Numbered from the stretch's first letter, positions 20,001 through 29,178 are shown. The stretch: DNA of 64,000 nt from Chloropicon primus (GCA_023205875.1 CP060754.1:1550001-1614000), one strand, 5' to 3'. Notes: generated from the letters alone by a model not told the origin. A program made the numbers and translations.

Positions 20001-20330
20001 CGTGCTGTGCGGCAACCAGACCACGCACTTGGTCTTCTCGCTCCAGTAGGTCTGCAGCCTCTGTATCGCTTGCTGGAACGTCGGGGCTGCCGCGGCCTTC
20101 CCCGCCGAGCTGCTCGCCTGGCTCAAGCCCCTCTCCTGCCTGATCGCCCTCATCCCCCAACAACCCAACGCCCTCCCCCTCTTCAGACCATCACCAGACC
20201 CTCCGCCGTGCAAGTGGTTGGGCTGCCTCCTCAAGCACTTGGCTGCCACCGACGCTGAAGTCGCCGCCTTGAGGCCACCCCTCGGTCCACTGAACCGTAT
20301 CGCGGGGAACCATGTCTTTCCCGTCAACAT
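17064..20330 (-). CDS. glyQS: Organellar glycine-tRNA ligase, fused bacterial-type alpha+beta chains with transit peptide
   Basis: TFQQAIQRLQTYW, EVGAGTMNPATF, FVEDNWESP, EITYGLERI (alpha chain); LLELGSEELP, ADPYGLRR and a DALR domain (beta chain). Confidence 0.96.
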   Translation of the reverse strand: MLTGKTWFPAIRFSGPRGGLKAATSASVAAKCLRRQPNHLHGGGSGDGLKRGRALGCWGMRAIRQERGLSQASSSAGKAAAAPTFQQAIQRLQTYWSEKTKCVVWLPHSTEVGAGTMNPATFLRVLGPEPWHVCYPEPSIRPDDSRFGDNPNRVQRHTQFQVILKPEPGNAQELLLGSLETLGIDVKKHDVRFVEDNWESPALGSWGLGWEVWLDGMEITQFTYFQQAGGMQTDPVSVEITYGLERILMSLQGVSHFKDIRYNADVTYGELFLQNEYEMSCYNINEASIEDTRQRFQLFYKEGKELIEKNLPVPAYDNLLKASHAFNVLDARGAVGVTERAKLFAQMRNLSRDCAELWVERREELGFPLGESRLADTKGEEARGSSKLEPLLGADDFLLELGSEELPADEISSVSKQVVSKLTELLGDLHLDYDEVVASGAPRRVFVVVKNLAPKQEDRVEEVRGPPASIAFDGEGNPTKAVLGYCKKNGVSVEDIELKADKKGTEYCWVTKKVQGEVTGELLSSRLPDVVSKLQFKKSMRWNSKATYSRPLRWIVAIHGGQVVPFTACGVTSGRISLGLRDGFHVPSIDIPTAASYLAQMESNRIMVDMEERQGVIWDDAQDLARASGGQIPESMKEGLLPEVTNLVEYPSAILGGFDKDFLKLPKDILVTVMKKHQRYFPVEDGDTGQLLPVFVTVANGEIDEDTVRAGNESVLTARFEDADFFYKLDMEKKLSDFRPLLEGTMFQKDLGTMLDKADRTDALVGELAEAMDLTHAKEVALQASHLSRADLATSVVMEFTALAGVMGKHYALKDGLSIDVAEAVFESVLPRNASDVVPKSEAGIVVAVADRLDSLVGLVAAGCAPTATADPYGLRRIANGMLQTLIQNEVDLDLKQSIDAAAEKQPIQVTGEQRGQAHEFIVRRLEQLLADDGAPREVIRSVLAERNENPHLAVATVKELAGLYKTDEFAGVLASYSRPTKIVSGKEVDRDWAVDESLFQQEEEKALWAAYKEVEAAMKPRPGSRSAVSVGTFVAASRTLETPLENFFNSVFVMDEDDDTRKNRLAMMRDIASLPGGLLDLKSLPNF

Positions 20331-20790
20331 GATCCCTCCCTCTCCCCCAACCCAACCCTACCCCTCTCCAACTCCCCTCCTCTCTCCTCAATGACACCTT
20401 CACCTTATCCTCTGTGATCTCTCTCTCCCTCTGTGAGGTCGAGAATGAGGGACAGGGAGGAGGCGCACGAACTGGGCTTGGAGAGCAGGTTGGAGGGCAA
20501 GGACGACGGAGGAGATTGCACAGAGGGAAAGCGCGTCTTGTGATCTTTCCATAGAGCCCTCGCTTGAAAGAAACGCGTGGGATTTGGACCACCTTTGAGG
20601 GGAGATACTGTGCAGCACCAACTCCTCGAGGGGGTGATCCGGGTGCGGCTTGTTCTCGACGAGGGAGAGGGCGGAGGGGTGGGAAAGGGGGCAAGGGGTT
20701 GGCATCAGGTGGAATAACGTCTTCTTTCTCTTTTGGTGGTCCGAGGCGTCTGTGAGGTCGGAGGGAAGGGATCCCAGGGACCCAAAGGAA

Positions 20791-21702
20791 ATGGAACTTG
20801 GTTTCGGGAAGAGGGAGGGGAGGGGGAAAGGGGCGTCGACGTCGTCGTCGCCGTCGTCGGTGTCACGGATGCTGGCCTTGCAAGCCGTGTCCCCCGGCCT
20901 GGGGAGGGGGGTGGAGTCCAACGTGACGAGAACAACAAGGGATGGTGAAGGCTCGTTCGACCCCCTGGAGCTGGAGGACGAGAGCGGGCTGGGGTACGGG
21001 GCCCAAAGGAGCGTGAACTTGAGCCCGACTTTGGACTGGGTCGAGTTCCGCCAAGCCGTCCAGGTGAACCCGGGTCTCGTGGTGGAGACGACCGCGAAGG
21101 GGGACAAGGAAACCGTGGTCGACTTTCACGTGAAAGCGAAGAGGACGGACACGTTCAACGGAAGCATGTCTGTGGTGGACCTGGCGAGCAATCTGGACAA
21201 CTCCCATCGCCTGACCCTGGAAACGACCAACTTCACGGACGACCACGGCTCAAGCATTCAGTGCACAGTCTCCACGCCGCTCCCTGTGAAGGTGAGAGGG
21301 CGAGCGGAGGGGGAGCCCACGTCCCTCCTTCCTTCGCTCGATTGGGGGCTCTCCACTCACACGAGGATGGGCAAGAACACGACCCTGTTCTCGAGGCTGT
21401 TCTGCGATGACGTGTTCGGGCAGCAGCTGGTGGTGCAGGCTTCGTACCACGTCAGAGATAGAGGAGGGGGAAAGGGGAAGGGGAAGGGGAAGGGGAAGAA
21501 GAGCCAACTTCTCGTGAGCGGCTTGGGTGCGCTCAACTTTGGGTCTGATGTGGGTGCGGGTTTCTCCATCACGAAGCTCTTTCCAGGGGAGGGAAAGCAG
21601 GGCCTGGACTCCTCGGACTCCCTGGAGCTCAGGGGGCTGTGCGCGAGAAGCGGCAACCACTCCTTGTCCCTGAACGCTAACTTTGGGGTGGTCGTGCCTT
21701 AA
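20791..21702 (+). CDS. Hypothetical beta-strand-rich protein resembling an isolated TOC159-family membrane (M) domain
   Basis: 303 aa of alternating amphipathic strands: SFD..., KGDKE, YHVRD...GLGALNFGSDVGAG...LELRG..RSGNHSLSLNAN. No GTPase motifs. Confidence 0.55.
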   Translation: MELGFGKREGRGKGASTSSSPSSVSRMLALQAVSPGLGRGVESNVTRTTRDGEGSFDPLELEDESGLGYGAQRSVNLSPTLDWVEFRQAVQVNPGLVVETTAKGDKETVVDFHVKAKRTDTFNGSMSVVDLASNLDNSHRLTLETTNFTDDHGSSIQCTVSTPLPVKVRGRAEGEPTSLLPSLDWGLSTHTRMGKNTTLFSRLFCDDVFGQQLVVQASYHVRDRGGGKGKGKGKGKKSQLLVSGLGALNFGSDVGAGFSITKLFPGEGKQGLDSSDSLELRGLCARSGNHSLSLNANFGVVVP

Positions 21703-21818
21703 CTTTGGGGTGGTCCGGTGTAGATTCATATATGATGGAAAAGGGGAACGAGACCTCGTCATTGTTTTTTATTACTATATACGGACGCCTTCGTTGTAAC
21801 TGCACCCCCCCATACCTG

Positions 21819-22022
21819 TCACCTTCCCTCCCTCTGCTTCCTGATCCTCTCTCGCTTCACAGCGTCGAGGGCCTCCTGCTTGCAGGCCTTGTACCTATCA
21901 AAATACTCTTGGCAGATCGTTTGCCTGTTTGGATCCTTGTAGTTCTTCTCAATGCACTTGAGGGAGGCCTTGCTCTCCGCTTGGCACCCAAAGTGGCGCA
22001 ACCTCTCCGCGTTTGGATCCAT
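21819..22022 (-). CDS. COX23: Twin CX9C mitochondrial intermembrane-space protein, COX23/CHCHD7-like
   Basis: CQAESKASLKC and CQEYFDRYKAC (two CX9C motifs) and a basic C-terminus. Confidence 0.8.
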   Translation of the reverse strand: MDPNAERLRHFGCQAESKASLKCIEKNYKDPNRQTICQEYFDRYKACKQEALDAVKRERIRKQREGR

Positions 22023-22036
22023 CCCTCAACCAGATC

Positions 22037-22038
<2 letters not shown>

Positions 22039-22074
<36 letters not shown>
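22039..22074. repeat. (TCAA)9 microsatellite just upstream of the COX23-like gene
   Basis: Direct inspection of the sequence. Confidence 0.95.
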
Positions 22075-22075
<1 letters not shown>

Positions 22076-22594
22076 GGCGTTTGGTTGCTCTCCTTCCAGC
22101 ACCAGTAGTCCTCGCTTCCTTCAACCCTCACCCGTGCGGCATTTGTTCCAAGCGAGGGCTCGTTCGAAAGAGGAGGAGGAGCAGGAGGAGGAAAAGACGG
22201 ACGCCTGTTCGATCTCTTCACCAAGTGCCTCACCGCCTTCGGTGCCTTTCCAACACTCCCCTAGCCACCGTCCTCAAGAGCAGCGACAGAGCGCTTCGAG
22301 TGAATCTCTCTCTCTCTCTCTCTCTCTCTCTTGCAAATCTCAGGAGAGGGAGAGGGAGGAGTTGAGGTGAGTGGTGACGGATCGAAGTACTTTGTGTCAA
22401 CGAGGGGCGAAGAGGCGAGGCGAGGCGGGGCGACCGATTGAAGTATTGTGTCGTCCTCTTTCGAAAGAGCCCTCTCTCGAAAAGATTGACGTCCTGTGGA
22501 GGATGCGACGACAGAGGGACAGAGAGAGAGACAGAGAGAGAGAGGACTGAGTGAAGGTCTTGCGTGTTTTTGTTTTCTTGAAGGGCGTTGGGGT

Positions 22595-23147
22595 ATGAGT
22601 GGAACGAGGGTGGTGAAGGCGGCAGCCAAGGCGGCAGAGGCTGCCGGTGCTGGGTCCAAGTTCATGCGGTGGGTCAACAGCGAGACGGGGCCGAAGACGA
22701 CGCACTTTTGGGGACCGGTAGCGAACTGGGGTTTTGTCATCGCGGTAAGTCCACACGCTTGCACAGGGAGGGAGGGGGGCGAGTGAGGGAAGGTGTTTTC
22801 TTTCCCTGGACTGGGGAGTCTGTGGCTGACCTCTCCTTTTGCTTCTCTGTCTTTCTGCCGATCTATCGCTTGGCGTGCCTTGTCTCCGTTCCTCGCCGTC
22901 CGCGAAGGGTTTGAACGACACGGTAACGAAGGATCCCAGCTCGATATCGCCGAAGATGACCACCATGCTTTGCATGTACAGTGCCCTCTTCATGCGCTTT
23001 GCTTGGGTCATTGAGCCGAGGAATAAGATCCTCTTCGCGTGCCACCTTTCGAACGAGTGTGTCCAGCTCAACCAGCTCAGGAGGTGGGGGACCTGGGCCT
23101 ACCTGGAAGACCAAGAGGGAAAACAGGAGCAGAGCCAGAAAGCGTAA
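22595..23147 (+). CDS. MPC1: Mitochondrial pyruvate carrier 1; exons 22595-22744, 22908-23147 (129 aa)
   Basis: GPKTTHFWGPVANWGFVIA|GLND...ISPKMT..LCMYSALFMRFAW..PRN..LFACH..NE..QL.Q. Confidence 0.93.
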
Positions 23148-23237
23148 TGTGGAGGTGCTGCTACAAACTTATATATACATTTTTTTGCTTCAAAGCAAGG
23201 CGTCGCGTGCTGCTCCCACTTGCTGCTTCGCGGTCCG

Positions 23238-24521
23238 TCACTCCCGACTCGCCATCTGCAAGACTGACTTTAAATCCAGGTAGTTGCACACGTGGTGCGT
23301 GTTCACGCCACTGGCCTGCAAAATTTCTTGGAGCCTCCCGGCAAAGTGATCTTTGCTTACGAGGACGACGCTCTTGACCCTGCTCCCTGGTGATCCAATA
23401 TCCTTGGCCATGACGCCGGCCTCAAAGACCATCAAAATGTCCGCGGCATCTCTGTCCATTGAATGGGCCCTCCTGTGATCAACAAAGTTGGGAAGGGGTC
23501 TCCCAGGGTTGTAGGCTTTCGAAGAATAGCCGCGGACCTCGCAAACTCCGTGGTCCCCTCTTTCGACCATGTACTCCTCCAAGGCTTCCAAGGTTTGGGG
23601 CATGTTGTCCAAATCGATCATGCAGAGCGTCCCACTCTCGGAGAGCGCAACACTCCTTTTCTCATTTTTTCTTTTCTTTCCTTCGTTTTCAATGACGGTG
23701 TTCTCGGTTGCCGCGCCGCCTGGCCCATACAACCACACTGACGCTGCCGCCTCTTGAGCCAGGCGTTTTTTGGGAAGCTGGCCTAAGCCTTCGGCCACCC
23801 TTCCTTGGAAGTTCACCGCATACCGGAACAAGGGCGCGTGCGATGGCCCCGAATGCTCGATCAAAGTGTACGCAGGCGGGGCCACGCCATCCTTCTGTGC
23901 CATCTCGTTCATCAGTTGAAGCGCCCCCATGGCGTCCACGCGATTGCTCTCCTCACCTCGGCCTCCCGCAGCGGAAGCTCTGACACCTCCCATTTTTTCG
24001 TCAACAACGGTAGCACCATCTGGCCCATACAACCACACTGACGCTGCCGCCTCTTGAGCCAGGCGTTTTTTGGGAAGCTGGCCTAAGCCTTCGGCCACCC
24101 TTCCTTGGAAGTTCACCGCATACCGGAACAAGGGCGCGTGCGATGGCCCCGAATGCTCGATCAAAGTGTACGCAGGCGGGGCCACGCCATCCTTCTGTGC
24201 CATCTCGTTCATCAGTTGAAGCGCCCCCATGGCGTCCACGCGATTGCTCTCCTCACCTCGGCCTCCCGCAGCGGAAGCTCTGACACCTCTCGAGTGCAAC
24301 GGTCTCGCTCTCGCCCGATGTTTGCCTCTTGCCCCCAAGTTGCCACGCCTCACCACACAGCACCTGGCTTCCCTCGCTGCCACGAGAGCTCCGTGCACGG
24401 CTCTTCCAGTGCCACGCCTTCCAAAATTCTGGAACACCCCCGGAGCAGCAGAGCAACTCTGCGTGAGGGGGAGACTGTAGCGACTGTGACCCTTTAAATC
24501 ATCCGCTACTCTCCCTGTCAT
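23238..24521 (-). CDS. Transit-peptide-like leader + 2 dsRNA-binding motifs + PIN/NYN-like nuclease domain
   Basis: dsRBM LQLMNEMAQKDGVAPPAY...GPSHAPLFRYAV...EGLG..KKRLAQEAAA occurs twice. The C-terminus has MIDLDN, DRDAADILM and VVLVSKDHF. Intronless; first ATG at 24521. Confidence 0.8.
   Translation of the reverse strand: MTGRVADDLKGHSRYSLPLTQSCSAAPGVFQNFGRRGTGRAVHGALVAAREARCCVVRRGNLGARGKHRARARPLHSRGVRASAAGGRGEESNRVDAMGALQLMNEMAQKDGVAPPAYTLIEHSGPSHAPLFRYAVNFQGRVAEGLGQLPKKRLAQEAAASVWLYGPDGATVVDEKMGGVRASAAGGRGEESNRVDAMGALQLMNEMAQKDGVAPPAYTLIEHSGPSHAPLFRYAVNFQGRVAEGLGQLPKKRLAQEAAASVWLYGPGGAATENTVIENEGKKRKNEKRSVALSESGTLCMIDLDNMPQTLEALEEYMVERGDHGVCEVRGYSSKAYNPGRPLPNFVDHRRAHSMDRDAADILMVFEAGVMAKDIGSPGSRVKSVVLVSKDHFAGRLQEILQASGVNTHHVCNYLDLKSVLQMASRE
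23720..24289. repeat. Perfect 270-bp direct repeat (23720-23989 = 24020-24289), 300-bp period, 30-bp spacer
   Basis: Lines 23761-23941 match 24061-24241 line by line; each copy encodes one dsRBM. Confidence 0.98.
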
Positions 24522-25201
24522 CCACTTTTTGTCTCGAGAAATTCTTATCAAACTTTGGGCTGAAGACGTCCCAGCGACCGAGCGACGTGCAACCGAAAGA
24601 TCGTCAGATTAGCTTTCGCCTCGCACCCCACGCCTCCTCCTACCCTTCCCCTCCCTCGGCCACTCCCAACTCCACCCGCCTCGCTCGAGCCTTGCCAGCA
24701 CCCCTTGGCACTCGCTCCTAGTCGTCTGAATCCCCTCTTCCGGCGTCCAAATCCTTTCGAACTGGTACCAATCGAAAGCTCTCGAAACAAGGATTCTCCT
24801 GGTCCCTCCTCCCACTCCCTTGTTGTCCCCTCCCGCCCTCCACCTCTCCAGAGAACCCCTCTCCTCCCCCTCGCCCCCCTCGCCTCGACGCGCTTCGCCT
24901 CGCCTTGTGTCTGTTGGAGCTCTCGAGAGATAAAGCGGAGGGCTTCCGCTTTCGCTTTCGCTTCTCTTTGGAGGACAGGACACGGAGGACGACGACGAAG
25001 ACGAGGCGAGACGTCCTCAGTGAATGGAAAGATCTTCTTCTCTTGCTCTTGCTCTTTCTGTGGACACCTCTCTTGTGTCGTGTCTTGAGGGACAAAGGAG
25101 GGGAAGACTCAAAGGTTGGTTTGTTGTTGTGGATCGTGGCATCTTGGTCAGCGAGAGGAGGAGGACAAGGTTTGGTGGGTCCGCTCCGGTGGTCTGCGAG
25201 G

Positions 25202-26833
25202 ATGAACGTGAACCAAGTGAGTGTGGTGCCGGACGACAGCGTGGAGGCGATCGAGAACCGGAGTTTGCTCTACGATGACGAGTCCGAGGCGAAGAGGCGG
25301 AGCAGGACGAGGATGATGAAGTACGTGGCGGCAGGCTTGACCGTGGCGTCCGTGGTGCTTGTCATCTCGCTTGTGGTGATGTATCCGCACAAGGGAGGGG
25401 TGCCTGCGGACGAGATATGCAGCGCGGAGGTCGTCGAGTCCATACCTTTCAACACGACGGGTCTGTACTCCGGGGCCATGTCCACGTACAAGGCTTTCAT
25501 GACTCTGATAGACAACGCGCAGGAGAGCATAGACTTGACCGCGTTGTACTGGACGCTCGACTCGCCGGCGAGGAATGCGATGAAGAACTGCACGGACTAC
25601 TACTCGCAGAACTGTCCGGACGACGCCCACTTCAACCAGACCCAGCTGGAGGAGTTCGGCGTGTACCAGGGACACGAGGTGTACGAGGCCATAAAGAGAG
25701 CGGCGAGCAGGGGGATCAAGATCAGGATAGTGCAGAGCCCCGGACTCGGGAACGGCTTCGAGGAGCCGGAGACCATCCAGTCCCTCTCCAAGAAGGTTGA
25801 AATCCGAACGATGGACTTCTCAAAGTGGTACAGGAGTGGAATCATGCACGCCAAGGTCTGGGTGGTCGACGGGAAGCACGGGTACATCGGCAGCGCGAAC
25901 ATGGACTGGCGGTCTCTCACCCAAACCAGGGAGACGGGCGTCTTCATTCACTCGTGCGACCCGGTGATACGCGACATATCCAACATCTTTGAGTCCTTCT
26001 GGGAGTTTGCGAGGCTCGAGGGCCAAGCGTCCAAGATGACGACGAACATCATTGACCCGCACTTGCAGATCAACAGGATCGTTCCTTGCTGGTCACACCT
26101 CGTCGAGGAGGGCAAGAGGTGCAAGCACCCGTTTTCCATGTTCGAGACCCAGCCCATGCACGTGAAGATGAACGGGGTGGAGTCTAAAGTCAGGCTGAGC
26201 TTGAGCCCTCCAGAGATTTGTGGCAGGAACAGAATCTCTGATGGTAACATGCTGGTGGAAACGATAGAGTCTGCATCGGTGGGCGGGTTCGTTTACGTCT
26301 CCGTCATGGATTTTCAGCCCGTCACACGATTCCTTTGCAGGGAGGGAGCGAGTTGCCCTCCGTACGAGCAATTTTACTGGCCATCCTTGCTCCACGCGCT
26401 CCTCGGCGCCGCAACAGGCAAAGGAGCAGATGTCAGACTTCTGGTGTCTAGGTGGTGGTACGACAGCGAGGACGCCCAGGACGTCCTGCGAAAGTACCTC
26501 GAGTATTCCGACATCATCTGCAACAAGAACGCTTCGGAGTTCAAAGGCGCTTGCAAGGGATCCTTTGAAGTGAGGCTGGTTGAGATTCCAGGGTGGTTTT
26601 CTGTTCAAGGTCCGGACAGAGCGTACCCAGGGCACTCAAGAGTGAGTCACAGCAAGTTCATCGTTTCGGACAATCTCGTCAACATTGGGACTTCAAACAT
26701 GGAGTGGAGTTACTTTCATTCCACCGCAGGCGTGAGCTTCAACACCGATAACCAGGCCATGATCAACCAGGTCAAGAACATGTTTGAAGTGGCTTGGGAC
26801 CACCCGAACTACACGCACCCAATCTGGTGGTGA
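25202..26833 (+). CDS. PLD3/PLD4-type phospholipase D superfamily protein (putative 5' exonuclease), type II membrane
   Basis: N-terminal TM helix, VVESIP, YWTL, HAKVWVVDGKHGYIGSANMDWRSLTQ, VSVMDF.P, HSKFIVSD...IGTSN. Confidence 0.88.
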   Translation: MNVNQVSVVPDDSVEAIENRSLLYDDESEAKRRSRTRMMKYVAAGLTVASVVLVISLVVMYPHKGGVPADEICSAEVVESIPFNTTGLYSGAMSTYKAFMTLIDNAQESIDLTALYWTLDSPARNAMKNCTDYYSQNCPDDAHFNQTQLEEFGVYQGHEVYEAIKRAASRGIKIRIVQSPGLGNGFEEPETIQSLSKKVEIRTMDFSKWYRSGIMHAKVWVVDGKHGYIGSANMDWRSLTQTRETGVFIHSCDPVIRDISNIFESFWEFARLEGQASKMTTNIIDPHLQINRIVPCWSHLVEEGKRCKHPFSMFETQPMHVKMNGVESKVRLSLSPPEICGRNRISDGNMLVETIESASVGGFVYVSVMDFQPVTRFLCREGASCPPYEQFYWPSLLHALLGAATGKGADVRLLVSRWWYDSEDAQDVLRKYLEYSDIICNKNASEFKGACKGSFEVRLVEIPGWFSVQGPDRAYPGHSRVSHSKFIVSDNLVNIGTSNMEWSYFHSTAGVSFNTDNQAMINQVKNMFEVAWDHPNYTHPIWW

Positions 26834-27171
26834 GGGCAAAGGTGTGTGGGTAAAGGAAAACGAGGCGACGTCTCGCGGGCTGTCGATTGACCCCCGCTCA
26901 CACTCACACCCAAAATTTTTGGTGGTAACGAATTAAGGAAAGGAGCCCACGAAAGACTCGGCATGGGCCTCCATTGTATCATTAACTGATTAACTTATTT
27001 GGAATTACAAATACCTCTCAAACCAACCACTTTCTTCATGGAGTCACTCGCCCAACACTCTCTCCCGAGTCTCCCATCCCATCCCATCCTTCCGCACAAG
27101 GAATCAAATCAGAGAAACACCGAAACCTGCTGCTCCGGGTTTGGACATCGTAAGCGGGAAGGCAAGGCAAC

Positions 27172-29178
27172 ATGGCGACCTTCTTTGCCGACTTGAGCGC
27201 CGCGGTGAAGGACGGCGTGAAGGAATTCTCCCAGACGGCCATTCACGAAGTGACTGAGACCGTCAAGGAGGGGACACAAACCGTTGTGTCAGCACCGCAA
27301 AAGATCATAAACACTGCGAGCACAAACGACGAGGAGGACCTCGAGGAGGAGTCCACAGTTCAAGTGGAAGCGAGTCACTTGGCGAAGGATGGCGATGCCA
27401 AGTCTCTCAAGCGCTTCAGATCACCCAGAAGGTCGGCAAACGCCAAGGAATCGGTTGCCGGGGCGAGAAGCAGCCCAGCGTCGACGTCAAGAACGGAGAC
27501 TTCTCTGGAGGAGCTAGGAACCAAGGTTCGAGCTTTGTTCGTTGATGAGGGACAAGGGGCTTCCCCTGATAAGGTGAAGCTCCAAGGAGAGTGCGAGAGC
27601 CTTCTCAAGGTGCTGAGAGCGAATGCAAGGAAGAAACAGTCGGAGTGCGCGAGTCTCCAACGAAAGCTTGCCCAGTTGAAGAAAGAGAAGGAGGCCCTGA
27701 CCCAGGACAGTGATGCCTTGACCTTGCAAGTGCAGGACATCACTGCCTCTTTGGAGGCCAAGCTCTCGAACTTGAAGAAGGAGACGAGAAAGGCTGTGGC
27801 AGAGAAAGAAGCAGGGGAGGCGTCCTTGAAGGAGATGAAGGCTCTGATGAAGCAGACAAGCGAGGAGAGAAATCAGCTCGCGGCGAGGGTGACCGAACTC
27901 GAACAGGAAGCCGTGGAGACGGAGGCGATGTCAAAGGCGTCAAGCGCAGCCCAAAAGGAGGAGCTCCACGGTCGGGTAATAGCGGCTGAGCAACTGGCAT
28001 CCGAAGTCGAGAAGAAGTGGAAGGAGGCAGAGGAGAGAGCAACGGATGCCGAGAGGGAAAAGGAGAAGGCCAACGAGGCGTGCGCCAAGGCAGAGGCCTC
28101 GGCACTGGAATCTGCAAAGAGGGCAGAGGATTCGCTCGCACAGCTAGAGATCGAGAGGGGAAGTCGCGAAGAGGCCCAAGGCCAGCAGGAGCAACTCCAC
28201 AAGGATTCGGAGAGGCGGAAAGCTGCATTCCAGCAAGCATTGCAAGCGGCGGTCGGAGGCATCGAGAGGAAGCTGGAGGCAGAGAACGAGAAGCTGTACC
28301 ACAGGCTGAAGGAAGCGGAGGAGAATCTGGTCGCATCGGAGGAAAGCTGTGCCGACCTCAAGAAGCTTAGGCTCACGGCTGAGCAGGAGAGCGAGGAGAG
28401 AGGCAGGGTCGCCAATGCCGCGGAGCTGTCAAAGGAGGCGGCAGAGAAGGCGGCAGCGGAAGCCATCCAGGGCAAGCTGGACGCTCTCCAAAGAGCCGAA
28501 GATCTGGAAAGTGAGCTCGAGAAGGCCGGGAGCGAGTCGCAGAGCCACAAGACTAGTGTGAGGAAGCTAGAGGCGAAGGAGAAAGAAATGAAGGGGCAGC
28601 TCGAAGATTATGAGAAGGAGTTGGAAGCCTGCAAGAAGGAAAGCACCTCTTTGCAAGACAGGGTCCAGTCCAAGATCAGCAGCTTAGAGAGGGATCTGGA
28701 GAGAGCGAGAAAGGCGCTCCAGGAATCGAGGCAGTCGGAACAGAACGCCCTGAGAGAGATCGAAGTCAACCAAGCAAAACAGTCCACGGCCCCTTCCATG
28801 AATCACCACGACTCGTCTGAGCGGGTCAAGGAACTTGAAAGGCGATTATTCGAAGCGGAGGCGAAGATTTCGGAGAAGAACAGCGCCAGCAGCACGAGCA
28901 AAGGGTCCGGGCCATTTAACTCCCTTCAGTCCTTCAGCCTCGAAAAGATTGGCCTGGGCAAGCTCGGCGGTTCCAAGGAGAAGTCCCTGCCGATGCCCCT
29001 GACCTCGAGGAGGCCTGCCACAAAGAAGGGTCAGATCTCCCTGAGAACCTGGCTGCTGGTCATCTACCTGGTCGTTGTGCACATCGCTGTCATGCGCACT
29101 GTCACCCAGGAGCACGAACTCGAGATCCAGTGCGACTCTCGGTCCCACATCGGCCAGAGCCTCTCGGCACCGAGTTAG
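27172..29178 (+). CDS. Long coiled-coil protein with C-terminal TM, golgin-84/CASP-like
   Basis: About 450 aa of E/K/A heptads, then WLLVIYLVVVHIAVM with the Tyr...His pattern of golgin TM anchors. Confidence 0.65.
   Translation: MATFFADLSAAVKDGVKEFSQTAIHEVTETVKEGTQTVVSAPQKIINTASTNDEEDLEEESTVQVEASHLAKDGDAKSLKRFRSPRRSANAKESVAGARSSPASTSRTETSLEELGTKVRALFVDEGQGASPDKVKLQGECESLLKVLRANARKKQSECASLQRKLAQLKKEKEALTQDSDALTLQVQDITASLEAKLSNLKKETRKAVAEKEAGEASLKEMKALMKQTSEERNQLAARVTELEQEAVETEAMSKASSAAQKEELHGRVIAAEQLASEVEKKWKEAEERATDAEREKEKANEACAKAEASALESAKRAEDSLAQLEIERGSREEAQGQQEQLHKDSERRKAAFQQALQAAVGGIERKLEAENEKLYHRLKEAEENLVASEESCADLKKLRLTAEQESEERGRVANAAELSKEAAEKAAAEAIQGKLDALQRAEDLESELEKAGSESQSHKTSVRKLEAKEKEMKGQLEDYEKELEACKKESTSLQDRVQSKISSLERDLERARKALQESRQSEQNALREIEVNQAKQSTAPSMNHHDSSERVKELERRLFEAEAKISEKNSASSTSKGSGPFNSLQSFSLEKIGLGKLGGSKEKSLPMPLTSRRPATKKGQISLRTWLLVIYLVVVHIAVMRTVTQEHELEIQCDSRSHIGQSLSAPS

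Noticed and set aside
23720..24289. 270-bp direct repeats as LTRs or a TRIM element
   Set aside because: No TG...CA ends, PBS/PPT or target-site duplication; each copy corresponds to a protein domain in frame.
25202..26833. PLD gene as a viral (poxvirus K4/F13-like) insertion
   Set aside because: The type II TM anchor, Cys-rich luminal domain and host-like codon style fit a cellular PLD3/4, and no viral hallmark genes are nearby.
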